From Gemmatales bacterium (GTDB lineage: Bacteria > Planctomycetota > Planctomycetia > Gemmatales > HRBIN36): a DNA stretch of 64,000 nucleotides. The translations under genes were made by a program, and so were the position numbers. Below the pieces are notes generated by a model. That model was not told the DNA's origin. It saw nothing but the letters and a program-made list of their open reading frames with translations, and ran no database searches. The DNA is taken from the NCBI GenBank assembly GCA_041640595.1, contig JBEPZY010000009.1:130342-194341 (forward strand), in the 5' to 3' direction. This document shows, piece by piece, positions 1-9,750 of the stretch (positions are counted from its first letter, which is position 1; every line of letters starts with the position of its first letter).

Positions 1-429
1 GACCCACCAGTGCGGTTGCTGCTCCAGTTGGGCCAACCGTTGCGGAATGACGCTTTCCTGAAGTTCCGCCGGAATGGCCAGCCTGTAGATGGCTCGAACC
101 GGTCGGGCAGTTTGCCTGGGATCGATCAGGCGGACGGAGACGATTTCCAGGCCCGGTCGGCATTGCTCGGCGAGACGCCGGTGGATTTCCTCCGCGGGAA
201 TGGGTTCGGTGAATTCGATTTCGACAACCTCGTCCAGACCGGCGATACCCAATGCTAACGCACAAGCGAAGGCCATACGGGGCATCGGGTGGAACCCCTC
301 CGACAGCCGGAAGGGTAAACCCGCCCGACGGAGCATGCGCTCGAACATCCGCGCCAGGTCGTGGTGACTGAAAAATCGCAGGTCACCGACCTTACGAAAG
401 CGAATACGCGCCTTGGTAATCGTATTCAT
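1..429 (-). CDS. TIGR03936/DUF2344 family radical SAM-associated protein (3' end runs off the window)
   Basis: Not in the ORF track. Hand translation from the ATG at 429 gives MNTITKARIRFRKVGDLRFFSHHDLARMFERMLRRAGLPFRLSEGFHPMPRMAFACALALG, which matches the family's RFxKxG..SHxD..R..GF.P.P pattern. Confidence 0.8.
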   Translation of the reverse strand, partial: MNTITKARIRFRKVGDLRFFSHHDLARMFERMLRRAGLPFRLSEGFHPMPRMAFACALALGIAGLDEVVEIEFTEPIPAEEIHRRLAEQCRPGLEIVSVRLIDPRQTARPVRAIYRLAIPAELQESVIPQRLAQLEQQPHWWV

Positions 430-573
430 GTCGCCAGGAATCACTCCTGGCCGGACACCTCTGCAGTAGGGAGCACATCGGCCAGAAACGAATTGCCCTG
501 AGGCTGGTCGGAATGGGCAGACAATTCGCCGGCCTGAAGTATTTGCTTGCGATGGCAGCAGGCATCCGGCACG

Positions 574-2322
574 CTATAAGGCCAGTGCCTCGGGCAAAAG
601 ACGCCGGATTCGTTCGCGTAAATAAGTGGCAATATCCTGTGCGGTTTCCATTTGCAAGACGGTTTCTGCGTCCCGACGGGCTTCTTCGGCGCTAATCGAG
701 CGGACCAGCTTTTTGATCTCCAGAATGGCGTGAGGAGGGGTACTGAGCTGGCGCAAGCCCAGTCCGATGAGCAAATAGGCGTACATGGGCTCGCCACTCA
801 TTTCTCCGCAGACATTGACGGGAATGCCAGCCCGTTCAGCAGCACGGACAACCTGGTCAATCAGCCGAATCACCGCCGGGTCGGAAGCGTTGTACAGGTA
901 GGCGACGTTTTCGTTGGTGCGATCCGCAGCCAGTGTGTACTGGATGAGGTCATTGGTGCCGATGGAGAAAAAGTCCACTTCCCGGGCGAGGAGATCCGCC
1001 AGCAGTGCGGCGGACGGCACCTCGATCATGGTGCCCACAGGAATACGGTGGTTGAAAGGAATTTTCTCCTCGTCGAGTTCCTCCATAACATCGTTGAGCA
1101 GCAGCTTGGCTTCGCGGAGTTCGGAAATGGTGCTGACCATAGGGAACATAATGCGAACGTCGCCGAAAGCGCTGGCTCGCAGAATGGCCCGCAATTGGAC
1201 GCGGAAAAGGTTCTTGTTACGCAAGCACAAACGCAGGCTTCGCACGCCCAAAAAAGGATTCCGCTCCTGCGCCAGCGGGTCGGTAACGGCACTGAACTTG
1301 TCGGCGCCGACATCGAGAGTGCGAATAACAATGGGCTTGCCAGGAAGCTGCCGAATGACTTTCAGATACGCTTCCAGATGTTCCTGCTCGGTCGGGTCCT
1401 CCTTGCGGCTCAGGTAAAGGAATTCGGTTCTGTACAGCCCGACGCCTTCCGCGCCTCGTTCAAGAATCTGGCCGGCTTCTTCGGGAAATTCAATGTTGCC
1501 GTATAGATGAATGTGCACACCGTCGCGAGTAACTGCGGGCAGGTCGCGCAACTCGATGAGTTCGCGTTCCAGGCCGGCAAGCGCTCGCTGAGCCTGGCGG
1601 TAGTGTTCCAGCGTGTCCGAATCGGGGTCGAGAATAACCACGCCGCGATTGCCATCCACGATCACCAAGTCGCCACCGGAAACGTCGGTAAGAAATTTTC
1701 CCAGACCGACCACGGCTGGAATTCCCAAAACGCCCGCAACGATGGCCGTATGACTGGTGCGACCACCAACCTCGGTGGCGAATGCCAGCACATGCTGACG
1801 GTCCAGTTGAGCTGTTTCGCTGGGAGTTAAGTCGTGGGCCAGTAAAACCACCGGTTGAGCCAGTTTGTGCAATTGCTCCTGCCGCTGGCCGATCAGTTGC
1901 CGTAACAGACGCTTCTCGATGTCAAACAAATCGCTCTGACGGTCTGCAAGGAAGCGCTGGTTCAGTCCGGCCAGAAGTTTGGCGCGGCGTCGAATCACAC
2001 GGCTCAGGGCATATTCGGCAGTGAAGCCACGGTCGCGGATATTCGCGGCCACTTCGTTGCGTAAGCCGGGATCCTCAATCAGAGCGGCGTGGGCACCGAA
2101 AATCTCCCCGTATTTTTCGCCTAACTTTTCGGCAACTGTCCGCTGGTCAGCGCGAGCCTCTGCGGCGGCGGCTTTGATCGCCCGGTCGAAACGCTCAATT
2201 TCCTGCGGATAGGTTCCCTGGGGGATAAACCGCTCCGGGATGCGCACTTCCTCAGTGTCCAGCACCCAGGCTGGGCCAATGGCTACTCCTGGGGAGACAG
2301 GTATTCCCCGTTTGATCTCCAT
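574..2322 (-). CDS. ptsI: Phosphoenolpyruvate-protein phosphotransferase (PTS enzyme I)
   Basis: GGRTSHTAI phospho-His motif, GVGLYRTEFL, FFSIGTNDLIQY and CGEM; start could also be the GTG at 2331. Confidence 0.96.
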   Translation of the reverse strand: MEIKRGIPVSPGVAIGPAWVLDTEEVRIPERFIPQGTYPQEIERFDRAIKAAAAEARADQRTVAEKLGEKYGEIFGAHAALIEDPGLRNEVAANIRDRGFTAEYALSRVIRRRAKLLAGLNQRFLADRQSDLFDIEKRLLRQLIGQRQEQLHKLAQPVVLLAHDLTPSETAQLDRQHVLAFATEVGGRTSHTAIVAGVLGIPAVVGLGKFLTDVSGGDLVIVDGNRGVVILDPDSDTLEHYRQAQRALAGLERELIELRDLPAVTRDGVHIHLYGNIEFPEEAGQILERGAEGVGLYRTEFLYLSRKEDPTEQEHLEAYLKVIRQLPGKPIVIRTLDVGADKFSAVTDPLAQERNPFLGVRSLRLCLRNKNLFRVQLRAILRASAFGDVRIMFPMVSTISELREAKLLLNDVMEELDEEKIPFNHRIPVGTMIEVPSAALLADLLAREVDFFSIGTNDLIQYTLAADRTNENVAYLYNASDPAVIRLIDQVVRAAERAGIPVNVCGEMSGEPMYAYLLIGLGLRQLSTPPHAILEIKKLVRSISAEEARRDAETVLQMETAQDIATYLRERIRRLLPEALAL

Positions 2323-2341
2323 AAGGACCACTCAAAAGCAA

Positions 2342-2620
2342 CTATTCCGGTTCAGCGCGGGTGAGGATAGCAGCGAGTTCTTCGACAGCTTGACCGGCAT
2401 CCGGACCGACAGCTTCGATGACGACTTCGGCCCCGTGAGCGGCTCCAAGCTGAAGAATATCGAAAGGGCTGCGGCAATTCTCGGCACGCCGATCCCCATG
2501 GGTCAGGACAATCTGACAGTGATAGCGAGCCGCCGCCCGGGCACATTCAGCCGCCTGCCGGATATGCAACCCCTGCGGGTCGCCGATTCGCACACTTCGC
2601 ACCACGCGGTCCTGCGTCAT
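2342..2620 (-). CDS. ptsH: HPr family phosphocarrier protein
   Basis: GLHIRQAA (His15 motif) and RSPFDILQLG (Ser46 region); about 92 aa, between ptsN and ptsI. Confidence 0.9.
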   Translation of the reverse strand: MTQDRVVRSVRIGDPQGLHIRQAAECARAAARYHCQIVLTHGDRRAENCRSPFDILQLGAAHGAEVVIEAVGPDAGQAVEELAAILTRAEPE

Positions 2621-2706
2621 CCTCGCCTGGCCCTGGTGGGGCTGATTTGAGGAAAAGGTTAAGCCGGTTCGCTGTGAGGTGATTGCTTTTACCTGCTTGC
2701 CGCCAG

Positions 2707-3174
2707 TTAGCTTCCACTCTCCGATTCCAGAATTAACTCCCAAATTTCCTGGGCCGTAGTCGCCTGTCGCAGGAACCGGCAAAAGGTCTCGTTGCGGAGA
2801 TTGCGTGTGACGTTTTCCAATGCCCGCAAATGTTCACCAGTCCTATCCACGGGCGAAATAAGCAACACAAAGATGTACACAGCTTCGTTGTCAATGCTCT
2901 GGAAATCCACGCCCTGGTGGGAAACGGCAACGGTACCGATAGGCCGATCTACACTTTCGTGCTTGGTGTGGGGAATAGCTACTCCGTGCCCGATACCGGT
3001 GGAACCCAGTTGCTCACGCTTCAGCAGAGCTTTGACAATGCTCTCCACCTGGTTGGGCTTGATATGGCCGGTGCGTTTCAGCGCCTCGACCATTTCCCGG
3101 ATGACGCCTTCTTTAGTGGTCTGGGTCAAGTTAGGGATCAGCGCGTCCCGGACCACGAACTCGGACATTCGCAT
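2707..3174 (-). CDS. ptsN: PTS IIA (fructose/Ntr type) protein
   Basis: REQLGSTGIGHGVAIPH motif and VDFQSIDNEAVYIFVLLISP. Confidence 0.9.
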   Translation of the reverse strand: MRMSEFVVRDALIPNLTQTTKEGVIREMVEALKRTGHIKPNQVESIVKALLKREQLGSTGIGHGVAIPHTKHESVDRPIGTVAVSHQGVDFQSIDNEAVYIFVLLISPVDRTGEHLRALENVTRNLRNETFCRFLRQATTAQEIWELILESESGS

Positions 3175-3340
3175 GGGATGCGCCCTTTCTCTGCTCAATT
3201 TTCGCTGGTTTGCCGGAGCCAAGTCGTACTGGCCAGGCCAGGATGGATAGTGAAAGCCCGGCCCTGCTGGGTCGCCAGAACCCCGGCTCCGAATCATAAT
3301 AATACGGACAACGGCGTCCCGTGCCTCGAACTGCAGGAGC

Positions 3341-3661
3341 CTACGGGACACCGCCCATTGGCGGTGTACGGCGGTGATCCTGGATTTTTTCCTTGTAGCG
3401 AGTCAGCTGTTTTTCGAGTTTATCCATGATCAGATCCACCGCGGCTCGCACATCGCCAGCCGACTCACGGGCGACGAAATCGTGTTTGTGTTCCGCGGAA
3501 ACGAGAAATTCCACCTGCTTGATGTCTCCCTTGAGGTCCACCGTGACCTCGATGGCGGTCAACCGGTCGAAATGGTGGATTAGCCGTTCCGCTTTCTCAC
3601 GAATGAATTGTTGCAGTTCTGGTGATAGTTGCCCGTGTCGTGCTGAGATTTTGATAAGCAC
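3341..3661 (-). CDS. hpf: Ribosome hibernation promoting factor / RaiA family
   Basis: IKISARHGQLS...AVDLIMDKLEKQLTRYKEK pattern; GTG start inferred; canonical position upstream of ptsN. Confidence 0.88.
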   Translation of the reverse strand: MLIKISARHGQLSPELQQFIREKAERLIHHFDRLTAIEVTVDLKGDIKQVEFLVSAEHKHDFVARESAGDVRAAVDLIMDKLEKQLTRYKEKIQDHRRTPPMGGVP

Positions 3662-3833
3662 GCGCCAACTCCTGAGCCATTCAGCCAGCTTACGCCAGCC
3701 GCCTTCCAGGTGTTTGCCTGCACTCTGGTTCGTCAGGCACACTAATCATAGAAGCAGTTCAAAAGCGGGTCAATCGAGCTTGGCATTCACCCTGGCCCAG
3801 GGGCGAAAATCACGCGGAAAACAATCGTCGTTA

Positions 3834-3934
3834 CAGTGGCCACTGACCAGTGACCAGTGGTCGGTGGCCGGTGGTCAGTGGCCGGAGGTCAGTGGCTGGT
3901 GTTCAGTGCTCGGTGATCAGTAGTCGGTGGCCAG
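3834..3934. repeat. Degenerate heptanucleotide tandem repeat tract (CAGTGGT/CGGTGGC type)
   Basis: Visible 7-bp periodicity: cagtgac cagtggt cggtggc cggtggt cagtggc cggaggt cagtggc. Confidence 0.85.
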
Positions 3935-4002
3935 GGAACTAGACGGCGTGACTTGCCGGTACGGGCTGGCGTTTGTTTGTGTTCGCATCACGCTCGCCTG
4001 TT

Positions 4003-4034
4003 CCGCTGACCACCGACCACTGACCACCGGCCAC
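4003..4034. repeat. Short heptamer tract, reverse-complement orientation to 3834-3934
   Basis: ccgctga ccaccga ccactga ccaccgg ccac. Confidence 0.75.
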
Positions 4035-4248
4035 ATTTATGGCCTGTCATGCTGGCCTGTTTCGGTCTGGTAAGCCCCAATGCACCCGGCGTTGGACATT
4101 GGTAGGCTGTCTGTCGACTGGTCATGTTGAGGGGAAGCCGGTCGGGCTCGTGGTCAGTTTTGGTAAAAGGCTGGCGACTTCTTAGCCGATACATTCGATA
4201 CCAGCTGCAAAGTTTAACATGCTTTGTGGCTGGGGCGGAGAATCAGTC

Positions 4249-6066
4249 ATGCCGCTGACTAGCCTACTTTTATCCTGTCTGGTAACACTGGCGCCCAGCG
4301 ATGCCGGGCCTCCGCGGGGTCCGGTTTTCATCAACGAACGCGCCGTGCCCATACCGGTCAATTGTGAACGTCCCGAACTTGTGCAAAAGGTCGATCTGTA
4401 TGTTTCCGCCGACCAGGGAAAACAGTGGCACCTTTATGCCGCCATTCAGCCGACCCAGAAGGAGATTTCGTTTGTGGCGCCAACCGACGGGGAATACTGG
4501 TTCGACCTGGTTACCACCTTCAAGGACGGTCGCAGTGAACCGCGAGCGCCTGGCCTGCAACCCCCGCTTCTGGTCCTCATCGTGGACACTAAACCGCCGC
4601 GAATTACCTTGCGGCCACAGGACAGTTCTGACGGACAAGCGTCGGTAGCGTGGGAAATTGAGGATGATCATCTCGATCTGCGGAGCTTGAAGCTGGAATA
4701 CCGGGATGCGACCACCGGCAGCTGGGTCAGCCTACCTGTTATTCCTCCTTCCGCAAAAGGCGAGAAACGCTGGCCCGTTCATGGGACCGGTTCCGTGCTG
4801 GTTCGTTTAAGTGTTTCGGACCTGGCAGAGAATCAGGCACAAGCTCAGGTGGAAATACCACTGGGAAAGGGAAGTGGCCAGTTTGCGGTGGCCGGTGGTC
4901 AACCTGGTGGGCAGTTACCGGTGGGTGGTCAGGGCACGGTGGCGGCAAGTGCTGCCCCAACCCCTGCGATGGGCCTTCAGGCTCCCACCTGGCCGTCCAG
5001 TCATGGCCAGAACCTGCCTGCCGCGGGTTCAACTGCCGGGGCGAACACAGGGGCGCGAACTTTCAGCCCGGCGGAAAATCCCCCTTCTGTGGTTCCACCG
5101 CCGCCGCCACCACCTGGCTCGGCCACCACCGCGACGAACGCCGCCAATCCAGGCACACCCGCGTTTTCGCCAGCGTCTTCCGCCCAACATGCCAGCAGCC
5201 AAAGCTATGGGCCGCAGAGCTTTAGTTCGACACTTCCTGCTTCGGCAGGAACCGTTGCACCTGCCCAAGCATCGGCTTTGCCGCCTCCGCCAGCGCCTCT
5301 GCCGACGGAAACCGCTGCTCCGCGAGTCATTGCTCGCTCAGACAGTAGCGGTCTGCCCACACAACTGGCCAGCTGGAACCAGCACAGCCCAGGCGGGACT
5401 AACACGAATTTCCGTAGCCGATTCAACCTGCCGACACCGCGTTATCTGAACAGTACCCGGGCCAGTCTGCAGTACGAGATTTCCCGCGTTGGCCCATCCG
5501 GTATCGGCAGTGTCGAGGTCTGGATGACCCGCGACGATGGCCGGACCTGGTTCAAAGCTGCAGAGGATCCGGACTTGCAGCCTCCGGTGCAGGTGGAGTT
5601 TCCCGGCGAAGGAGTGTATGGCCTGACACTGGTGGTTCGCAGTCGCGCTGGTCTGGGACGTCAGCCGCCACAGCCTGGCGAACCGCCGGACTTGCGCGTC
5701 GAGGTGGATCTCACGCCGCCTTACGCAGAACTGTACAACGTCGAAGCCGACCCGCAGCGCCGCGATTGCCTCATTTTGCTTTGGAGCGCCACCGACAAGA
5801 ATCTCGCGGCTAATCCTATCACGTTGAAATGGGCGGAGCGCGAATCGGGGCCCTGGCAGGTAATCGCCGCCGATCTGCCCAATACGGGCCGTTACGTTTG
5901 GAAAATGCCCGAGCATTTGCCGTACATGGTTTACTTACGGCTGGAGGCACGCGACCTGGCTGGAAATCTCGCCGTCGCGCAAACACCGAAACCCATTCTC
6001 GTCGATCTCCAGGAGCCGGAAGTGAAACTCCTCGACATCACCCCGCCACTGGACGCTAACCGATAG
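4249..6066 (+). CDS. Exported protein with duplicated beta-rich (Ig-like) modules separated by a Pro/Ala/Ser-rich linker
   Basis: Signal-peptide-like N-terminus. Two similar modules (VDLYVSADQGKQW...DGEYWF...VDTKPP and VEVWMTRDDGRTW...EGVYGL...VDLTPP). GGAG RBS before the ATG at 4249. Confidence 0.75.
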   Translation: MPLTSLLLSCLVTLAPSDAGPPRGPVFINERAVPIPVNCERPELVQKVDLYVSADQGKQWHLYAAIQPTQKEISFVAPTDGEYWFDLVTTFKDGRSEPRAPGLQPPLLVLIVDTKPPRITLRPQDSSDGQASVAWEIEDDHLDLRSLKLEYRDATTGSWVSLPVIPPSAKGEKRWPVHGTGSVLVRLSVSDLAENQAQAQVEIPLGKGSGQFAVAGGQPGGQLPVGGQGTVAASAAPTPAMGLQAPTWPSSHGQNLPAAGSTAGANTGARTFSPAENPPSVVPPPPPPPGSATTATNAANPGTPAFSPASSAQHASSQSYGPQSFSSTLPASAGTVAPAQASALPPPPAPLPTETAAPRVIARSDSSGLPTQLASWNQHSPGGTNTNFRSRFNLPTPRYLNSTRASLQYEISRVGPSGIGSVEVWMTRDDGRTWFKAAEDPDLQPPVQVEFPGEGVYGLTLVVRSRAGLGRQPPQPGEPPDLRVEVDLTPPYAELYNVEADPQRRDCLILLWSATDKNLAANPITLKWAERESGPWQVIAADLPNTGRYVWKMPEHLPYMVYLRLEARDLAGNLAVAQTPKPILVDLQEPEVKLLDITPPLDANR

Positions 6067-6090
6067 AGCCAGACGATTACAGGCTCGTCT

Positions 6091-6336
6091 GCGGTCAGCA
6101 AAAGTCGTTTGGCCAGACATAGCCAAATCCCCCAGGCCGGTTATAGCCACTCAGGGGCGGTCAGCACAAATCGTGTGGCCCTTCGCTGACTGCTCCGTGT
6201 GCGGCGTGTCAGCGTATGACCTGCACAGTTGTGTTGTTTCAGCTAGGTAAGAATTGCGTGCAAATTCTCATCGCCAGCAAGTATGACCTGCACAGTCGTG
6301 TTGTCGTCAGCACAAGGAGCGTACTCCATCGCTGAC
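6091..6336. repeat. Array of about four degenerate ~24-bp direct repeats spaced 60-67 bp apart
   Basis: 6091-6114 and 6157-6180 are 21/24 identical; 6214-6237 and 6281-6304 are 23/24 identical; shared GCA[AC]A..T[CT]GT core. Confidence 0.6.
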
Positions 6337-6407
6337 CGGCCGGGCTGGAATTGGCTGGTCACTGAAACTTCCGTCGGCCCCGCACAATTACCGGAAAACA
6401 GTCCTTT

Positions 6408-6878
6408 ACCACTGCCACTGATCACCGCCCACTGGCCACTGGTCACCGGTCACCAGTCACTCCCGCCCCGCCCACCGCCGCTGGTCACCGACTACTCACT
6501 GCCGATCGTGCGTCACCGACCACCGCCCACTTAATCGCCTGCCACTACCCGCCGGCTGCTGATCAGCGACTACTGGTCACCGGCCACCGATCACTGGCCA
6601 CTGGTCACGGGTCACCAGTCACTCCCGCCCCGCCCACCCGTCGCTGGTCACCGACTAATCACTGCCGATCGTGAGTCACCGACCACTTAATCACCTGCTG
6701 CTAACCGCCGACCACTGATCACCGCCCAATGGCCGCTGGTCACTGGCCATCGGCCACCACTGACTGGCCACTCATTGGCAACTCCCACCGGCCACTGGTC
6801 ACCGGTCACCGGCCACCGATCACTGGCCACTAATCACCGGCCACTGGTCACTGGCCACTGATCGCCGGCCACCGGCCA
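6408..6878. repeat. Long heptamer repeat tract (CCACTGG/TCACCGG type) containing a ~90-bp internal duplication
   Basis: 7-bp periodicity throughout; the block ...cactcccgccccgcccacc...gctggtcaccgacta.tcactgccgatcgtg.gtcaccgaccac occurs at about 6431-6522 and 6594-6686. Confidence 0.88.
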
Positions 6879-6920
6879 CGTTGTGCAGCATGGTGCGAGG
6901 TAAACGACCTTCATCCCGGC

Positions 6921-7850
6921 TCAATCGGCCAGATGCCGCCGAAACAAACGATGCAGGTATTCGCGCAGGATCGGTACCTGAACTTCGGTAATCAGTTCCA
7001 CGTTGGGGGCGGCTCGATGCGGTGTCAAATCCACAACCAGCATGCCGCGTGTAAGTTCGCCGCGAGTCTCCACATCCACCGTCATGGGATGCGTGCGCAG
7101 TGCGTGCGGGCAAGTCAACGCACATACCCCAAGCACGTCTTTCAGGTGGAACCCTTCGATGCCGTAGAGCCGAGCCGTTGCACCGATGCCGTAATGGAGA
7201 ATCCTGCGCAAAAAATAGCAGGCTCGCGACTCGCGATCCGTCAGGGAAGCAATTTCGGCCGGCGACAGCAGCAACTGGCGGGTTACATCCAGGGGAGCAA
7301 GAACAATCGGGGCACCGCAACGCAGCACTTGCCGTGCTGCCTCGGGGTCGCAGTAGAAATGAAACTCAGCGACCGCAGAAGCGTTGCCAGGTTCCCGCCA
7401 GGTCCCGCCCACAATCACGAATTGTCGCACTCGTCGTGCCAGGGTTGGGTCGCGATCCAGGGCCCGGGCGATCACGGTCAGCGGACCCAAACACACTACC
7501 GTAACCTCATTCGGATACTCGCTGGTTAACTCCAGCAGGAGCCGATCCGAAGGAAATAATCGGTGTCTGCCGACGTGCGGCCAGGAGATACCGCCTAACC
7601 CACCGGGGCCATGCAATCGCGTACCGTCGCTGTCATAACGAACCGGCGGGGCTTCGCCAAGACGGGGCCAGCGCGGCGGATCCAGGTAGTCCATGATGAT
7701 ATGGACATTCCGCGTCGCCTCTTCGGCAGACACGTTGCCTGCCGTGGCCGCGATTCCCAGCACCTCCACTTCCGGGTCGAACAGCGCCACCGCAATGGCG
7801 ACCGCGGTATCAATTCCAGGATCAGCAACCAGCACGACCTTCCGAGGCAT
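6921..7850 (-). CDS. Nucleoside hydrolase (IUNH) family protein with a divergent Ca-binding motif
   Basis: DPGID..A, ATAGNV, HGPGGLGG, LGPLT, GNASAVAEF.FYCDPEAA and PLDVT. Confidence 0.88.
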   Translation of the reverse strand: MPRKVVLVADPGIDTAVAIAVALFDPEVEVLGIAATAGNVSAEEATRNVHIIMDYLDPPRWPRLGEAPPVRYDSDGTRLHGPGGLGGISWPHVGRHRLFPSDRLLLELTSEYPNEVTVVCLGPLTVIARALDRDPTLARRVRQFVIVGGTWREPGNASAVAEFHFYCDPEAARQVLRCGAPIVLAPLDVTRQLLLSPAEIASLTDRESRACYFLRRILHYGIGATARLYGIEGFHLKDVLGVCALTCPHALRTHPMTVDVETRGELTRGMLVVDLTPHRAAPNVELITEVQVPILREYLHRLFRRHLAD

Positions 7851-8035
7851 ACCGTTATCTTAGTGGTGCAGTCGGTGGGTGGCGGGAATCCGCATGGCGC
7901 GAGTGGCCGGTGGTCGGTGAACGGTGCCCAGAGCGCCGTCGCTGATTTTGCTTGCCTTTGGTCGGGCCAGCAGCCAAAATAAAGCCAGCCTCTTGCTGCA
8001 CCGAACGGACAAATGGCAAGCAAAGGAAGACGCTG

Positions 8036-9574
8036 ATGCTGGCGCGGTTAAAGACGTTTACCCTGGTGGGCATTGATGCTGTCTGCGTAGAAGTCGAGGT
8101 GGATGTTGCTCCCGGGTTGCCAAAAACTGTCCTGGTGGGTTTACCGGAAGCAGCGGTCAAGGAAAGCACCCACCGTATCGAACGTGCGTTAGCCAATCTG
8201 GGCTACCATCCACCCCAGGGCCGTGTCGTCATCAATCTCGCTCCCGCCGATCTTCGCAAAGACGCCGCCAGTTTCGATCTCCCCATCGCCCTGGGCATGT
8301 TGATCGGGTCGGGGCAGGTGCATGTGGATGCGCGGGGAGAGAACTGGGCAGTGGTGGGCGAGTTAGCGCTGGACGGTTCGACGCGACCGGTCAAGGGTGC
8401 GCTTTCTATGGCCATGACCGCGGCTCGACGGGGTATCCACCATTTCCTGGTACCTTCCGCCAACGCCAAAGAGGCAGCGGTAGTCCAGGAAGTGACTGTT
8501 TTTCCCGTCGGCACTCTCACTGAAGCCGTGGGTTGGCTCACCGGCCAGCTGGAGTTAGAACCTGTGCCGGCGGACGTGGATGGCGTTTTTGCCAAACTCA
8601 ACGTGTACGATGTGGATTTTGCTGATGTGCGGGGACAGGAGTTCGCCAAACGTGCCCTGGTGATCGCTGCGGCGGGCGGACATAACGTGCTGATGAGTGG
8701 CCCGCCGGGTTCCGGCAAGACGATGCTGGCGCGACGGTTACCGACCATTTTGCCACCGCTAACGCCCGAAGAGAGCCTGGAAACGACGCGGATTTACAGC
8801 GCCATGGGTTTGCTGCCGGCGGACCAACCTCTGCTCACGGTGCGGCCGTTCCGCGCTCCTCATCACACCGTCAGCGATGCCGGTCTGGTCGGGGGTGGTA
8901 CGACTCCAACGCCCGGGGAAATATCGCTGGCGCATCACGGCGTGCTGTTTCTGGACGAATTGCCGGAATTCGACCGCCGGACTTTGGAAGTATTGCGTCA
9001 ACCGCTGGAGGAAGGGCGAGTGACCATCTCGCGGGCGCTGGCTTCCACAACTTTCCCGGCCAGTTTCATTCTGGTGGCCGCCATGAACCCGTGTCCGTGC
9101 GGCTATTTTGGCGATGCTCGCCGACGGTGTTTGTGTACGCCGACCGCAATCGAACGCTACGTTTCGAAAATCAGCGGGCCGCTTCTCGACCGTATTGACC
9201 TGCATGTCGAGGTCCCGGCAGTACCGTGGCAGGAACTGAGTGCGCCACGGGACGGCATGACCAGTGCACAAATGCGCGAGTTAGTTCTCCGGGCCCGCCA
9301 GCGGCAGCAAAAACGCTTCGGCAATCCCCAGCTGCTGAACGGACGGATGTCCAGCCGACAGTTGCGTCAGTTTTGCCGGCTTGACTCGCAGTCGCAAAAC
9401 ATCCTCCGTGGAGCCGTCGAACAATTAGGCCTGTCGGCTCGGGCTCACGATCGCGTCCTGCGGGTCGCCCGGACGATCGCCGACTTAGAAGACCAGGAGG
9501 AAATTCGCCCAGAACACGTTATCGAGGCTCTCAATTATCGCATTCTCGACCGCAAGCTCTGGCTTCGCTATTAG
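8036..9574 (+). CDS. comM: YifB/ComM family Mg-chelatase-like AAA+ ATPase
   Basis: VGLPEAAVKES, INLAPADLRK, GPPGSGKT (Walker A), LFLDELPEF, AMNPCPCG and ISGPLLDRID. Confidence 0.94.
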   Translation: MLARLKTFTLVGIDAVCVEVEVDVAPGLPKTVLVGLPEAAVKESTHRIERALANLGYHPPQGRVVINLAPADLRKDAASFDLPIALGMLIGSGQVHVDARGENWAVVGELALDGSTRPVKGALSMAMTAARRGIHHFLVPSANAKEAAVVQEVTVFPVGTLTEAVGWLTGQLELEPVPADVDGVFAKLNVYDVDFADVRGQEFAKRALVIAAAGGHNVLMSGPPGSGKTMLARRLPTILPPLTPEESLETTRIYSAMGLLPADQPLLTVRPFRAPHHTVSDAGLVGGGTTPTPGEISLAHHGVLFLDELPEFDRRTLEVLRQPLEEGRVTISRALASTTFPASFILVAAMNPCPCGYFGDARRRCLCTPTAIERYVSKISGPLLDRIDLHVEVPAVPWQELSAPRDGMTSAQMRELVLRARQRQQKRFGNPQLLNGRMSSRQLRQFCRLDSQSQNILRGAVEQLGLSARAHDRVLRVARTIADLEDQEEIRPEHVIEALNYRILDRKLWLRY

Positions 9575-9583
9575 TACACTGCC

Positions 9584-9722
9584 CTCTTCGAGCAACTGAC
9601 CACTGGCCACTAACCACTGGCCACCATAATCTGCGACGAAATCTCTTGTCCAGGTTCGAACTTCGAGTAACTGACCACTGGCCACTGACCACTGGCCACC
9701 GATTGCCGATCACCGGCCACTG
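9584..9722. repeat. Heptamer repeat tract containing a ~40-bp duplicated unit
   Basis: cttcgag(c/t)aactgaccactggccact(a/g)accactggccacc occurs at about 9585 and 9661. Confidence 0.85.
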
Positions 9723-9750
9723 CTCAAAGCTACCGCACGGAGCATAGCTC

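Noticed and set aside
652..1506. 284-aa + strand ORF and many similar long antisense ORFs (e.g. 40110-41015, 46350-47192, 57691-58524)
   Set aside because: They lie opposite well-supported genes and have no motifs; typical shadow ORFs of GC-rich DNA.
574..3661. hpf-ptsN-ptsH-ptsI cluster as a novelty
   Set aside because: A well-known regulatory PTS arrangement.
6091..6336. A bona fide CRISPR array
   Set aside because: Only about four strongly diverged units, no AT-rich leader and no cas genes; kept only as a low-confidence finding.
6243..6534. Short ORFs with SGQW/VTGH/WPLV-like repeats (also near 3426-3923 and 9485-9794)
   Set aside because: They are translations of the heptamer repeat tracts, not credible proteins.
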